Shown piece by piece: positions 12,348-24,468 of a stretch of DNA of 64,000 nucleotides. This DNA comes from Lama guanicoe. Its lineage: Eukaryota. A program made the position numbers and the translations under genes. The notes under the pieces are model-generated. The model was not told the DNA's origin and ran no database searches. It was given only the letters and a program-made list of their open reading frames with translations. Location: NCBI GenBank assembly GCA_013239625.1, contig MU053652.1:3771902-3835901 (forward strand), written 5' to 3'. Each line of letters opens with the position of its first letter. Position 1 is the stretch's first letter.

Positions 12348-12457
12348 CTGCCACTTGCCTCCCACCGTTTTTGGCAATGGTAGAACTCACACTGGTGAGG
12401 TAATGGGATCCGGTGGTTCTAGACTTGCCAACTATGGTGCGAGGGCTCAGCAAGTGA
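12348..12457 (+). ncRNA. MIR182: pre-miR-182 (5p 12370-12393, 3p 12414-12434)
   Basis: TTTGGCAATGGTAGAACTCACACT and TGGTTCTAGACTTGCCAACTA match miR-182-5p/3p; ~4.1 kb from miR-96, the usual cluster layout. Confidence 0.99.
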
Positions 12458-14378
12458 CTCCGTAGCCAGCTGCCGAGGGAGGGTCCATGCTCTGCCAGGA
12501 CCTGCTGCCTCGCTGGGAAGAAGGGGAGGACTCTGGTCCCCAGGCCACCGGGCAGTGGCAGAGGGCGGGTGCAGCTGGAAGTGACACTCAAGTGTTTCCC
12601 TGCATCCCCCTGAGGTCACAGATCTCCGAATCGGCTGGGGAGCTGTCCTCCGGCCCTTGAGAGTGCTACTGGGAGGACCTGAGGTCCCGCCTGAGGTGAG
12701 GGAGCTGGTGGGTGTGCTGGAGTTGGTAAGGAGGGAATACTGGAGTTCAGGTGCCCTCACCCTCTACTCAGAAGGCTCTGTCCAGGGTGGGCCCTAAGGG
12801 CTGGGGTGGGGGTCACTTCCCTTCCACACCGAGAGCAGGTCTTCCCTTTGGGCCACTGGCTGGGAGGATGAGGACAGAGAGGTGACTGGCCGTCCACCCA
12901 CAGGCATCCAGTAATCTTCCTGAGGCAGTGGAGGGACAGATGGGACAAAGGCCCCAGAGATGTGATATTTAAGCCACTTGCATAAATATAGGACTGGCTC
13001 CCTGGGGACTTGGTGGCCCATGGGCTGGACCCTGCCCCTAGCTGTAGCTCTCTGCTGATAACCTCAGATTCTGGTGGCAGAGCCTGCACCCAGCTTTCCA
13101 GCCGGGATCAGGATGGATGATGAAAGCGCCTTGACCTCGGTGAGGAGCAGGGAAGCTGAGCGCCAGCCACCTGCCTCTTGAGGCTGTGGATGCTGCTCTG
13201 CATGCTGGGAAGGAGCTGGCTGCGGGCTGTGGCCCCTTCAGCTGCTGCAGGGGTCCTGCCCTCCCCTGGGGGCCATGGTTGTCGGGGTGGTGGAACCAGA
13301 ACCAGGGCTGATGGGGAGGGCCTGGGAATCATCACTGCTGTCTCTCCGCCTGCTCCACAGAGCGTCCTCAGAGCTAATCTGATCGTTGCACCCGCCCTTC
13401 CCCAGCCCCAGGATAAACCCAAGCGCCTTACCTGGTTTATGAGGCCCCGTGTGACCTGGCCTGCTATGCAGGCTGCCCCCTTGTCACTGCTCCTGGCTTC
13501 CCTTCATGCTCTGCGAGCAGGAGAGTCCACGTAGGGGGTCTTTCTTACCCTTGTGCCCTTAAATCTGCGATCTTGCAGCTACTCATAAATGCCCAGGACA
13601 CACCTCTCCCCAAGCCCTGGCTGTCCCACTGAAAGCTCCTGCTAGTGGGTCTGCTTCTCCATCAGCTGAAAGCTGTTTGGGAGTCAGTCATACTTTCATG
13701 CCTAGAGCTGGTGAGGTATGTAACTGGTCATGTCACGGGGAGGCCCTGGAACCTGACAGCATTGAGTTCCAGCTTCCACAGTGTGCATGGCCTTGGGTGC
13801 CTCCAGGATCCTGGTCACCCCCAGAGCCTCAGTTCCCCCAAGATTAGAAGTGACACTGATGGTGCAAGTAGCCCACCGGCCCCCTTAGGTCAAAGGGAGA
13901 AGCTCCCTTCAGCCAAGTGATATTCCTGTTGGACCCTAACGGCCAAGGGTCAGGCTCACTGCTGGAGGTATGTCAGCGAGTGTAGATGGGGCCTCTCCTG
14001 GCACATCTCAACTGGGGTGGCACGACAGGGTGGATAGAGGGCAGGTCTGTGCGGTGGAGGTGATAGAGGCACTGGGCCCAGGGAAAGGGATGGCCCCCAA
14101 TACAGGGCTGACCCCAGGGTCTTTGAGTGAAGGTAGCCCCTACATTGAGCCTTAGAGGAAGGGAGCACTTGGAGAAAGAAGTGGGCAGCAGGAGGCTCCT
14201 AGGCGGACCAAGCGGTGGCCAAGTGACGGAAGAAGAGTGGGGAGGGAGTATTAGGAACTAAGGCTGAGAAGCCCTGGATCCGCCTCAGTCTGTGTTCGGT
14301 CTGGAGGACAAGATCCTGTTCCCACCACAATCATCTACTACCAGGCTACAGTCAGAGCTCATGGTGGACACAACAGGG

Positions 14379-14590
14379 CAGTGGTCTTGGTGGGGGCAAT
14401 TTTTTGACCCCCTGGGGGACATTTGGCAGTATCTGGAGACACTTGATTGCCACAACTAGCGTGGGGGTTGCTGCCAGCATCTGGAAGGAGGCCAGGGGTG
14501 CTGCTCAACATTCCACAATGCACAGCACACCCCCTCACAACAGAACAATTGGCCCAAAGTGTCAAAAGAGATGGGGTTGAGAAACCCCAG
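14379..14590 (+). mobile_element. MER20 (hAT-Charlie) DNA transposon relic
   Basis: Diagnostic GGGGACATTTGGCAGTATCTGGAGAC...GCTGCTCAACATTCCACAATGCACAG...GGTTGAGAAACCC. Confidence 0.85.
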
Positions 14591-16882
14591 TACAGAGTGA
14601 CAGGTGAGAAGCACCAAGCTGACATCCAAGAAGAAAAAGTGTGAAACCCCATGTTCAGGTTAGAAAAAGAATCAATTGTACAAGGGCAAGAATGGAGGAA
14701 ACCAGGCTGTACTGAGATGAAGGTGGAAGAAAGATCTGGCGACCGCTTAACTACATAGTCACCTGGGATGGCAGCGAAGGGGGGACAGCAGCATGTCACG
14801 GAGGTGAGTAGACTGTATCTGTGCCCCAGTCAGGGCCTGGCGCCATCTTCAGAGGGTCTGCATCAGAGGGCTAGACCATACCAGTGACAGTGTGGGGACC
14901 CAGGTTCCCTTCTGCAGATTGCTTTATTGCTAGCTCCTGGATACATTTAAAGAGGTATTTACAACTTTTTTTTAACTTAATTTTAATTCTTTTGGGGGGG
15001 GTAATTTTCCAATATTTTTAAATGCAGCTTTTTTCAGTTTTCCCTGAGAGGGTCATTCAAGAAATCTAGTCCAATTTATCATTGGAAACAGCTCACCAAT
15101 TTCTAGGAAATGTTGGTGCTGGATATTTTAGCTGTGAAAAGGTTTGGGTGGGGATGTGAAGGCTGTTCTCAAGTATGTGAAGGAATGGAGACCTTCACAG
15201 TTCTCTGTGACCCCGGAAGCAATGGGCAGACTTTACAGAGGCAGATTCTGTTTGTCTCACAGAACTTCCCAACGGGTAGGTTGGGCTGTGACTTAAGATG
15301 GGTTAACCCTCCATCTCTGGCGATGCTCCAGCAAAGCTGTTGGGTGCTGTTGTGGTTGGGGGCTGGGTCACATGTCACTGTGTCAAGTGTCAGTTTAGGC
15401 TTAGATGGGTCCTTCCCCAAGAGTGAGTGGGGACTCTTGCATCTCCGTAAATTCCCCAGCCACAGTCTAGGTATTAGTCAGCTCACACTTACACAACAAA
15501 CTACAAATTAACTGAAGAGTTTTGCATTCATGGTGGATATGTCTTTTCTCAAATACCAGATACTGGAAAGCCAATTGCTGTTTGGTAGGGCTGGTGGCCT
15601 GGGGTTTTGTTGGATCAGTCCCACAAAAGGGTTCTCAAAGCTCTGCCATAAAAGTTGGCTGAAGCCTGACCTGAATCTTCCAGGAACAGAAGTCTCCCCC
15701 CTGCACTGGCTCCACTGGAGTTTCTCAAGGCAAGAGGCCAGCTGGAAAAGGAGGCAGCAGGTCTTGGGGAGTGTGATGGAGGTGGAAATGAAGGCTCCCT
15801 CTTCCCAGTCCAGGACCCCTGCGCAGCTCCATCAATGGAGACGCTTCTGGAGTGTCTTATGTGTGTGATCCCCTGCCCCCCCAATGTTATCTTCCCTACC
15901 CTGTCGTGGAGGTCCCTAACTTCTGGGAGCCAACCTTCTGCCTCCTCAGCTGTCCATGGGGAGCAGGGGGGTGGCTGGAAGCCTTTAGGACCAGGCGAGC
16001 AAGGACAGTTATCACGGGAGGAGAGGTGCAGGCCGAGGCGCCCCTCGTGTGGAAATAGAACCTTTCATTGCCACTGATGAACCAAGTCTGAGGTCTTTCT
16101 CTATGAAACCAAAGGCCTTAGTGGGTTTGAACACAAAGTGGTTTTATTTTCTGCAGTCATTGCCTTTACCATGTTCTGTTGACTCTCCCTTTTAGTTCAT
16201 TGAGGTTTTGAGTGAATTCCATGACTTTGTAAGCACGGTCCATCATTAAGACTAGGCCACTTTGAAGCTTCAGTCTCAAAGTTGAGTTCAACTTCACCCT
16301 TTTCCATGAGCATGATATTTGGGGTAGGGGTGTAGTCCAGATCCTCCTGGTTGGACGGTGGTGGGCAGGCAGGGATGATGGGAAAGGGAAGGCAGCAATC
16401 CTATTAGCTATAAGCACTTTCCTCAAGACCAAGGACCCTGACAGCTGTCTCCAGTTCCCTGCAGACGGGGGAGGGACGAGCTGGGGTGCTGGCTGGGGAC
16501 TGCTGCTGGTTTTGCCTCTTAGCCCTGCGAAGGACAGCGGCTTCTGTGGTTGGAGGCTCTCTAGAGAATGTGGGGGCTTGAACGTCCTCAGTTGTGTTTC
16601 CCAATGGCCAATTCCAGGGAATGGGAAAGGCCCGCAGACCCCTGCTGCAGCCATTTCAGATAGCTCGCCTACTGTGACTTGCTCATCACCTATTGGGACT
16701 TGTTCATCGTGCTTGTCTCTCCTCCTCCCTTAGTGCTCGGTTAGTGATCTGCAAAGAAATACCTACATGCCACAACATTTTAGCCCCTCCAAGAATGCTT
16801 CCAAAATTGAAGGTTTAAAGTAATGCTCAAGGCTTTAAACGCCTAAGGAAATAAAGCTATTGCTTTGGCCAGGAGAGTTGCA

Positions 16883-16960
16883 GGGAGGAAGCTGTAGCTC
16901 AGTGGTAAAGCACCTGCCTAGCAGGCAGGAGGTCTTGGGTTCAATCCCCAGCACCTCCAC
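16883..16960 (+). mobile_element. tRNA-derived SINE (camelid-type), head only
   Basis: A-box TAGCTCAGTGG and B-box GGTTCAATCC, ending in CACCTCCA like the other copies. Confidence 0.8.
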
Positions 16961-17060
16961 TTAGTGAAAGCAAGGGGAAAAAGCACTATGGGAAGTACTG
17001 ACTGTGGTTTTTCTTAAATACTCCCTTAGTGGCTTTTCCTTTAGAAAAGAGTGACTGAAG

Positions 17061-17136
17061 GGAGGTACTTGGGATAGAACCCAGGACCTCATGCATGCTG
17101 AGAGGGCACTCTAGTTTTTGAGCCACCCGCCTCCCC
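17061..17136 (-). mobile_element. tRNA-derived SINE (camelid-type), head only
   Basis: Reverse complement contains AGCATGCATGAGGTCCTGGGTTCTATCCCAAGTACCTCC. Confidence 0.8.
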
Positions 17137-17399
17137 TCCACCGCCTAGCTGTTTAAAAAAGTATTTAGTGCTTTGTTTCTTTTGAGTAACTGACACCATT
17201 CCTTCCTTCTAGTAACATGAACCATTTTGCTAGGAACAAAACGCGAGCCTTCATCATATCACCGATGTTGACCTCACAGCTGGCAGATATATGGCCTCCT
17301 TCTATTTGGTCTTGATTTCTTGTTCTTTTTCCTCATTTCATTGTATATCCTTTATGTGGCCTGCTTCGTTATTTTTGGAGAGAAGTGTTAGAAACAACC

Positions 17400-17540
17400 T
17401 CTTTCCTTTGGGGATGATGAAAACGTTCTGAAATTTGTAGTGATGGGTGCACAACATTGTAAATACACTAAAGACCATTGACTTGTGTACTTTAAAGTGG
17501 ATGAACTTAATGGAATGTAAATTATATCATTAAAGCTGTT
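17400..17540 (+). mobile_element. Old L1 (L1MB/MC-like) 3' end fragment
   Basis: TGGGGATGATGAAAACGTTCTG...GTGATGGGTGCACAACATTGTAAAT...TGTACTTTAAA...TGTAAATTATATCATTAAAGCTG. Confidence 0.75.
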
Positions 17541-20500
17541 TTGCAAAACCTTGAGGTTATTGGGGATGGTGGGAGCGGGGAGATGGGGCACACTGTTAGT
17601 TCCCCAAGGCCCTCTAATTTCCTGACTCAAGATATTCACAGATCCAGAGGGATCTCCAGTGGAGTAGAGGGTCAGTGGGGAAGCTGTTAGGATTCCAGCT
17701 CCCTTGTTCCCTGGTTGCCGCAGCTTTGGTGGAAATGGTGTCAAGGACCACTTGGTGGACCCATATCCCAGCCCCTGCGGGGGCTTCTCTACCTGTGGAA
17801 CAGACCCCGCCTCCGGGTTTGGTCCCTCCCCCGTCCCCTGCCGGTCATCGCTGATTAGCCTGGAGGCAGACAAGTGACCTCAGCCGGCCAATCACCTGTG
17901 CCCTCCGGAGCCGGCAGCTCCCGGTCAGGGGGGCGAAAGCAGATCCTAGGAGGTCCCAGGGGCGCTGCACGTAGACCGTCTTTGCTCAGGCACTTCGGGG
18001 ATTCTGCTGTTTCAAACCGGAAAAGTTTTGACGCCTAGTGGGCACCAGGAGCTTTCGGCAGCAGCGGGCAGGGCAGTGCAGGGGCGTGGACACTGAGGCC
18101 AGGACTCGGCCAGAATACCTGGCCTGGACCAGCCCAGCTCGCGTGGCTCATCTGCGGAACAAGAATGACACTCGACTCAGCTACTTTATTGGGAGAAACA
18201 AGGAACACCGGGCTTTGTTGGTGATAGTGTCCCCAGAAATGTTCGTCATCCACGGAATTCTGTACAGCTGAGAACTGCGGGCCAGAATAAAGAATCCTAT
18301 TATGTGATTAGTCTTCCTTTTCTCTTGTGAATTGAAAAAATTGCTCTCTATAAAAATAGTTCTGGTAAGGGAAATACAGAAGGCATAAATTAAAACTTTC
18401 AGGTTTTGAGAATCCGAAAGATCAAGCCAGAGGAGGAGGTGCTCAGAGAGCAGAGTGCAGTTGAGGGATGGGTGGCCTCCACCAAGCCACAAGTCGGTGC
18501 AGTGTCACCAGTCATGGGGCCCTGGGCCTCTCTGCCTCTAGGCTTTAAACTTCATGGCCCAAATGAGGGGTGGTGGCTAATGTCCCTTCCAGTTTTAAAT
18601 TCTCTTGCACACAAGGGCACCAGAGAGCCCAAAGACTGGGACTTAGGCTCAGCTGAAGACATCACTATCCAACTACTCTGCCAAGATTTGGCCTGGCCCC
18701 CTTGCCTAGAGCTTCTTAGATTTTAACATCAACTGATCTCTCTCTGTGTTTGGGCCCTGGGGCTTTTAAAGAAAGCATAATTCAACTGCTCATGCCCAAG
18801 AATATGTTCAAGCACCACCATCTACACTATCCTTCACCCTTGGTATGATCTCACAGAGCTGATTTTTTTTTTTTTAGGAATAAAATTGACATTATTTTCA
18901 CATGAAACTGTTTAACAATGTTAACATTGGATTTTTGTAGAAAAATTTTGAGTCATGAGGATGTGTGGGAATGGATGTTTTGGGTTCCTTGGATTTTCTG
19001 ATTGAGTAAGGAACAGCTGGAAAACCGAAGTCTCTCATCCGATGAGATGTACTGGGCACATGCTGTATAAAAGTTCGTGTGTGTGTGTGTACACGCACGT
19101 GCGTTTGATGAAAAGTCCCAGTGTGTGTACACCCAAGTGCGTGTGATGAGAAGTCCCAGCCACTGGGAGGCTACTCCAGGTGTGGCAAGCCCTGGGCAAG
19201 GGCCACGGCACAGTCCTTATGAAAACACTGACCACTGGGAGAGGCTACACGTGGGCTGAGCTCAAGACTCAGCTGGAGGTTACTTTAAAAATGAGAATCC
19301 ACATGTGCAGCCTGTTTTCTGTCACGCACCCCTGAGTGGTTGGCAGAGCTTCTAGGACACACATATCAGAGTCTGAGCCCAGCCCTCCACTTACCTGGCA
19401 AAGTTGCTGCATCTCAGTTCCCACACCTATAAATGGAATCTAACCTCCGTGTGGAGCTGTGGAGAGGATTAGAAATAAAGGTGTAAAGCATTTTGCATAG
19501 TGTCCTGTGCAGAGTAGTCATTTAGTAATTGGTAGTTTATAACTATTAGTTTCTTAAAGGATAAATTTGGAAGAAATCTGAGTTGAGACTCACTTAATTT
19601 AAGTTACACCAACAATTTTATTTACAAGCACACTGAATTTGGGGGGACAGTTTCTAGCTTTTTTCCCCCAAATATTAAATAAGCTACCTCTTAACCTCTT
19701 TGTGGCTCAGTTTGCTCATTTCTAAAGTAGGGATAATAACTCTGTAAAGACTAATAAGTAAGTTAATATATAGGTAAATCTCTTAGAACAGAACAAGGCA
19801 CATTGTAAGGGCTGTAAGTGTTAACTATTATTGCTACCATATAAACACTTTTAACTGCAGGTAAGATAGTTCTCATAAACAAGAGCTAGGAAAGCCTCTG
19901 AACAGGGCTGGGACGCAGGCCGGGCCTTGCCTTACAAGGTGGCTCCGGCTAAGAACCAGGTTCTCAGGGGACCCTGGTTCCCCCTCTGCAGATGAAAATT
20001 ATCCCTACTCCTCCACCCTTTCCCCCAACTCTGCAGAAATACACTCCAGTAATCAACAAATATTTGCTAACAGCCCAGCCGTTTTCAGGAGGGAGAAACT
20101 CAAATTCAGAGTGGGTTGGGGACTCACTCAGGGGCCCAGCAGCACTGGGAGTGGAATGGCAGGTGGAGAAAACCTACGTTCTCCAGCTATTTCGGAGTCC
20201 AGTCCTTAAGCCGTATCTCCCCACTCTGGGTACCTCCTTCCTCCGCGCCACCTCCAGCATCCTGAGTGGATCTTCTCCAAGAGCTGCCAACCTGGAGCAA
20301 ACGGCAGAGGCCAGGTGGGAATGCGCTGACAGGAGCTTCTGACTTGGCAACTGAGCATGAGCTGTGCTGAGGCCGTAGGCTGGCTTGGGCTGGTGTCCTG
20401 GGCGGCCCACTGCCCACCGAGATGGAGATGAGAGGGAAAATGTGGGCTTTTCTTCCTCACCTCACGTAGCCTCTGGTCCAGGTAATCAAGCTTCAGTGTC

Positions 20501-21104
20501 CTCCCTGTTGGGTTTTGGTGCTGACACCAAAGAGATCCACCATGGGCCTACTCCAACTCCACCATGCCCTCGGAGACCTGATAGAGGAGGGAAGGGGAAT
20601 GGCGGCGGATAGGGAGGAAGGCGAATGCAGGTGCAGGCTCTCTTTCACTTGAGAAGCGGCTAGAAATGAGCCTCGACTGGGTCCGCGTGAGGCCCAGGGT
20701 GCACTGGCAGCCTGGGCTCTTCTTCCGGGCAGGAGTCCTTCTCTTGCCTGCCCTTCTGGTTCCCCTCGGCTTGTTCATCTGAGTTTGGATGACTTCAGTG
20801 GTCACCAGTACTGCCAACAAATCTTCTCAGAGGTAGGACTTAAAGCCAAGAATCCTAGCCCAGCCTCTTGGTTTTGGTGAGCACCAGATCCTTGTCTGCA
20901 GGATGATAAACTACTTAATGCAGAGGACCCTTAAAGAGACATAACTCATTCTGCTACAGCACTCTGTCCAGATGGCACCTGGTAACACAGGCTGCTGTGG
21001 TCTGTTCACATGAACGTCTCCTCATCTCCTCCTGTTTCCCGGGCAATTGCCACCCTTTATTCACCCAGCACATGGTGGGCATTCACAAAGTTAAATAAAA
21101 CTGA

Positions 21105-21330
21105 CCCAGAGGCCAGAGCTGGTCTACATGTGGGTTTTATTTTGCCTGCAGAGTATGTAAAGGATTTTTGATTTGTTGTTGAAATCAGGAGATTCATACA
21201 GAAATACGGACTTGCCAGTTTCTCTGGAAAACCTTAAAGATGGGGCTCAGGGCCCATGTGCCTCCTGCCTCATGACACTCTGCCAGCACTTAGGAGTCAG
21301 CTCCCTTTAGACAGACGCTCTCCACTCTGT
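21105..21330 (+). mobile_element. MER102-like hAT relic
   Basis: AAATCAGGAGATTCATACAGAAATACGGACTTGCCAGTTTCTCTGGAAAA resembles the MER102 consensus as recalled. Confidence 0.5.
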
Positions 21331-22470
21331 CTGTCTCCATTACTCCCTCTTCTCTCACAACTGAATCGCTTCCACTTCACACACTGATTCCAACCACCTG
21401 GTCCCTGTAGGCAGCTGAGTTAGCAGCTCCTGTTGGTAATTTGGGCAGTAATGGAAGCAAAGATTTCCATCAGCCCCATCAAAGAAAGTTTCAATACACA
21501 CATCTGAGTCTTGCCAGGCAAACAGAATGCACTTTGCCTCTGGAGAGATGCCACTGCCACAGAGGCACTGTAGATCACCCAGCTGTTCCACGGGTGGCCA
21601 ACAGCAATGATGTTTGGCTGATCTGGCTGCAATCAGTCCTTTCTCTGGTCCATCCTCTCTGGTGACAATAGGCAACGATGTGCCATTTGTGCCCATTTGT
21701 GCCAGAAGAATGGGGAGAGATGGCACTGGCTTTACTGAGCCACTGTCAGTCAGCAAGGAAAACATCTCTGGCTTTCCACATTCAACTATTCTAATCATTA
21801 TCACCAGGAAACCGACCCACACACCCAACAACAAAAAGAAAGAAAGGGGTGGTGGAGGTGGCAAGGAATCCAGCACTTCAGGCTGAGGCACGCAGTGGGC
21901 ACAAGTACTGAGGTGCAAAACCACTGGGGGTTTAGGAAGGGCCTGAAGCTGGGGGTGTGGCAGCAGGTGGAGATGGGAAACTGGCAGCTGCCACGTTAAA
22001 GCAGTGAGCTGTGAGAAAGCCCAAGGACTGAGGGCTTAAGGAAGCAATGGCCTGGGGCCCCTGCTTCAAGGATAATCCACCACAACACTGAACAACACTC
22101 ATGTAGGGAGCACGTGGGTGGACAGGCACCACCAACCACCCTGTGAAAAGCAATTAACCCCTAAAAACCTGCCAGAGTAGAGGTTTTCAAACTATCTTTA
22201 GGATTTTTCAAACTAGATCCCCCTACCCCGCACAGGACAGATGGAGCTGCTCTGGTGATGGGGGGTGGGGAGGAGGCCCCGGCCCCAGCCTAGCACTCCC
22301 CTTACAGGCCCACAGCGCCAAGGAGCACAGTTCAAAGACCACTGAGCTGGAGCCCAAGCACCTTTTCCTTTTACAAAGCAGAACAAGCCACCCTAGAAGA
22401 GAGCTGCTAAGAGGCTAAGTGCTCCTATAGAGATGAACAGTTCCACTTTCTGTTGCCACATTGTTAACTA

Positions 22471-22476
22471 TTTATT
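22471..22476 (-). terminator. NRF1 polyadenylation signal AATAAA
   Basis: tttatt on the + strand; first canonical hexamer I found downstream of the stop codon. Confidence 0.75.
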
Positions 22477-23906
22477 GAATGAGGCAGTAATAGACAGAAT
22501 GGAGAACGACACAGAATCCATGCTCTGCTACTAGGGTTTTGCTTTCCTTCTTCTTGGCAATTTCTCAAACTATTAGGAGGTTATTTCACCACAAGGGAAC
22601 ACGGACTTTAAAGCCCCTGGACAGCTTCACAATGACGATAAAAAATAATAATTAAAAAAATAACAAACTGTAGAACTAGGACTGTTTTATGTAAATTTCC
22701 CTTCCCTCCCCGCATTACGTACAGAAAAAAACATACAAAGAACATTGGATAGTTTCATATAAAACAAGCAAATACAAGAATCTGAAACTTTTCTCAAAGG
22801 CTGAGCAAGACGTGAAGAATCTTTTAATGTCGCATTAAAAAAAAAACACATTAAATACACTATCACACATGGGGGGCCTGGGAGGAGGGAGGAAGAGTTG
22901 TCCCTGTACTCAAGGAGCAGAGATTTGGCCTGTCAAAAAGTCAGGTGAATTTAACCACTGGAGACTCAGGGCTTGCAGCTGAGAAATCACAGAACTTAGT
23001 TACAAAGCACACCCAGACCAATAAACACCTGGGAGAAGGAAGCTGCCTGGGGCCGGGCCCAGCAGGATGCACCCTGGAAAACTGCAGGGTCCCTTCTGAA
23101 ACAGGGCCTGATCCAGGAGCACAGGAAACACCCTCAGCCCTCTTCTCTTCTAACGACCCCCAGTGTGATGGCCAACCTTCCTCCAGCCGGGTGCCCCGTC
23201 AGTGCCAATCTCCGCTGTTAAGCCACAGAAAGTTACAAGAAAGAAGATTGCTCCCATTGTACCCTGGTCTTTGAAGATTTTTCTCTCTGTCCTTCCTTTC
23301 CCCTTCCAACCCCTCCCACCCCCCCTCCCATTCTCTCCCCACCACGCACACACCCACAAGCACACCTAATGCGCACGCACTCCTCAAACCCTTAATACTT
23401 CTGTTACCTTCAGTTCATATACATGACCAATTCAGGACTGACCTTAAAACCAAAGCAACGTGTTATAGTCATGAGATCAAGAAGGTTTCCTGGGAAGGGG
23501 AGGAGATGGGAGGTTGAAGAAAACCCTCTGTCCCTGCTTGGGAGCTTTAAGGACATTCATTTGCCTGTGGCAAGGTCAGCACCTGGGCCAGCCCAAAGAG
23601 CGTCTCAACTGCCAGACCACGAGACCCCTGGACCTTGCAAGCACAACTTCTGGACCTCACCCTATTCTGGAACCTCCTGCCTCAGGTGAGTCCAGCAGAG
23701 AGAGTTCTGGGTGGCCACTGGGGGGCAGCTTTGGTGAAGGGCATGGTCACCTCCGCCTGAGTTTGTCAGTAGCTCAACGCATGACCCTGGTATGAACAAA
23801 AACTGGGTGGCTGTGTCTGGCTACGTACCCTACACCCACTAAACTGGGTGAATTATTTTTTCCACAGCTCACCTTGATTTCATACAGATAATTCCATGCG
23901 GGTTTC

Positions 23907-23937
<31 letters not shown>

Positions 23938-24034
23938 TATATATACTTTATATATATGTAAATGTGTATATCCATATGTACACATATACATATATTCACA
24001 CTCACACATACACACACATAAGTATACACACATA
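23907..24034. repeat. (AT)n/(AC)n compound microsatellite in NRF1 3' UTR
   Basis: ATATATATATATATATATATACACACATATAT... seen directly. Confidence 0.95.
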
Positions 24035-24304
24035 TTTCTGCAGAAAGAAGTCCTGCCACAATTTGGCTTTTTTGGGACAGTGAAATTGACAACACAGTAT
24101 CTTACTCCACTGATCCCAGAAAATCAAGAGTGGTGCTTTAAAAAATGCAATTCCAAAATCTGCTGCCTTTCTTCCTTTTAAAAAAAAGGTTAACGAAACT
24201 TTTCTTCCAAAGTCGAGAGACTTAATTCCACTTGATTGCACCTCTGCAAACGTGTAAAAAATTTTGAAGTAGACTAGAAAACAAGGCCATGATATGGCTG
24301 CATG

Positions 24305-24468
24305 TCACTGTTCCAACGTCACCACCTCCACAGCCTGGCCGTCCATGGTGACTGCGCTGTCCGATATCCTGGTGGTCACAGGGGCCATGGCCACCTGCAC
24401 GGGGCCATTGCCCTGCGCGAGGCTGGTTACCACAGTCTGGTACATGCTCACAGGGATCTGGACCAGTC
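24305..24468 (-). CDS. NRF1: NRF1 last coding exon, 164 nt: (G)LVQIPVSMYQTVVTSLAQGNGPVQVAMAPVTTRISDSAVTMDGQAVEVVTLEQ*
   Basis: Acceptor ttgtctccccag|, phase 1, TGA stop at 24307-24305; known NRF1 C-terminus. Confidence 0.98.

Larger units (their letters stand above)
22452..24304 (-). other. NRF1: NRF1 3' UTR (~1.85 kb)
   Basis: Follows the stop codon; U-rich on the - strand; ends shortly after the AATAAA at 22476-22471. Cleavage site estimated. Confidence 0.75.

Noticed and set aside
504..13534. Many long ORFs (e.g. 2706-3623, 305 aa; 6871-7584, 237 aa; 10779-11462, 227 aa)
   Set aside because: Pro/Gly/Arg/Ala-rich frames overlapping on both strands, typical of stop-poor GC-rich DNA. No recognisable domains, many non-ATG starts, and the region is a pri-miRNA locus.
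17920..18050. CTCF insulator sites between the convergent units
   Set aside because: Candidates (GGTCAGGGGGGCG, CCCAGGGGCGCTG, CCTAGTGGGCAC) each miss several core positions of CCASYAGRKGGCR.
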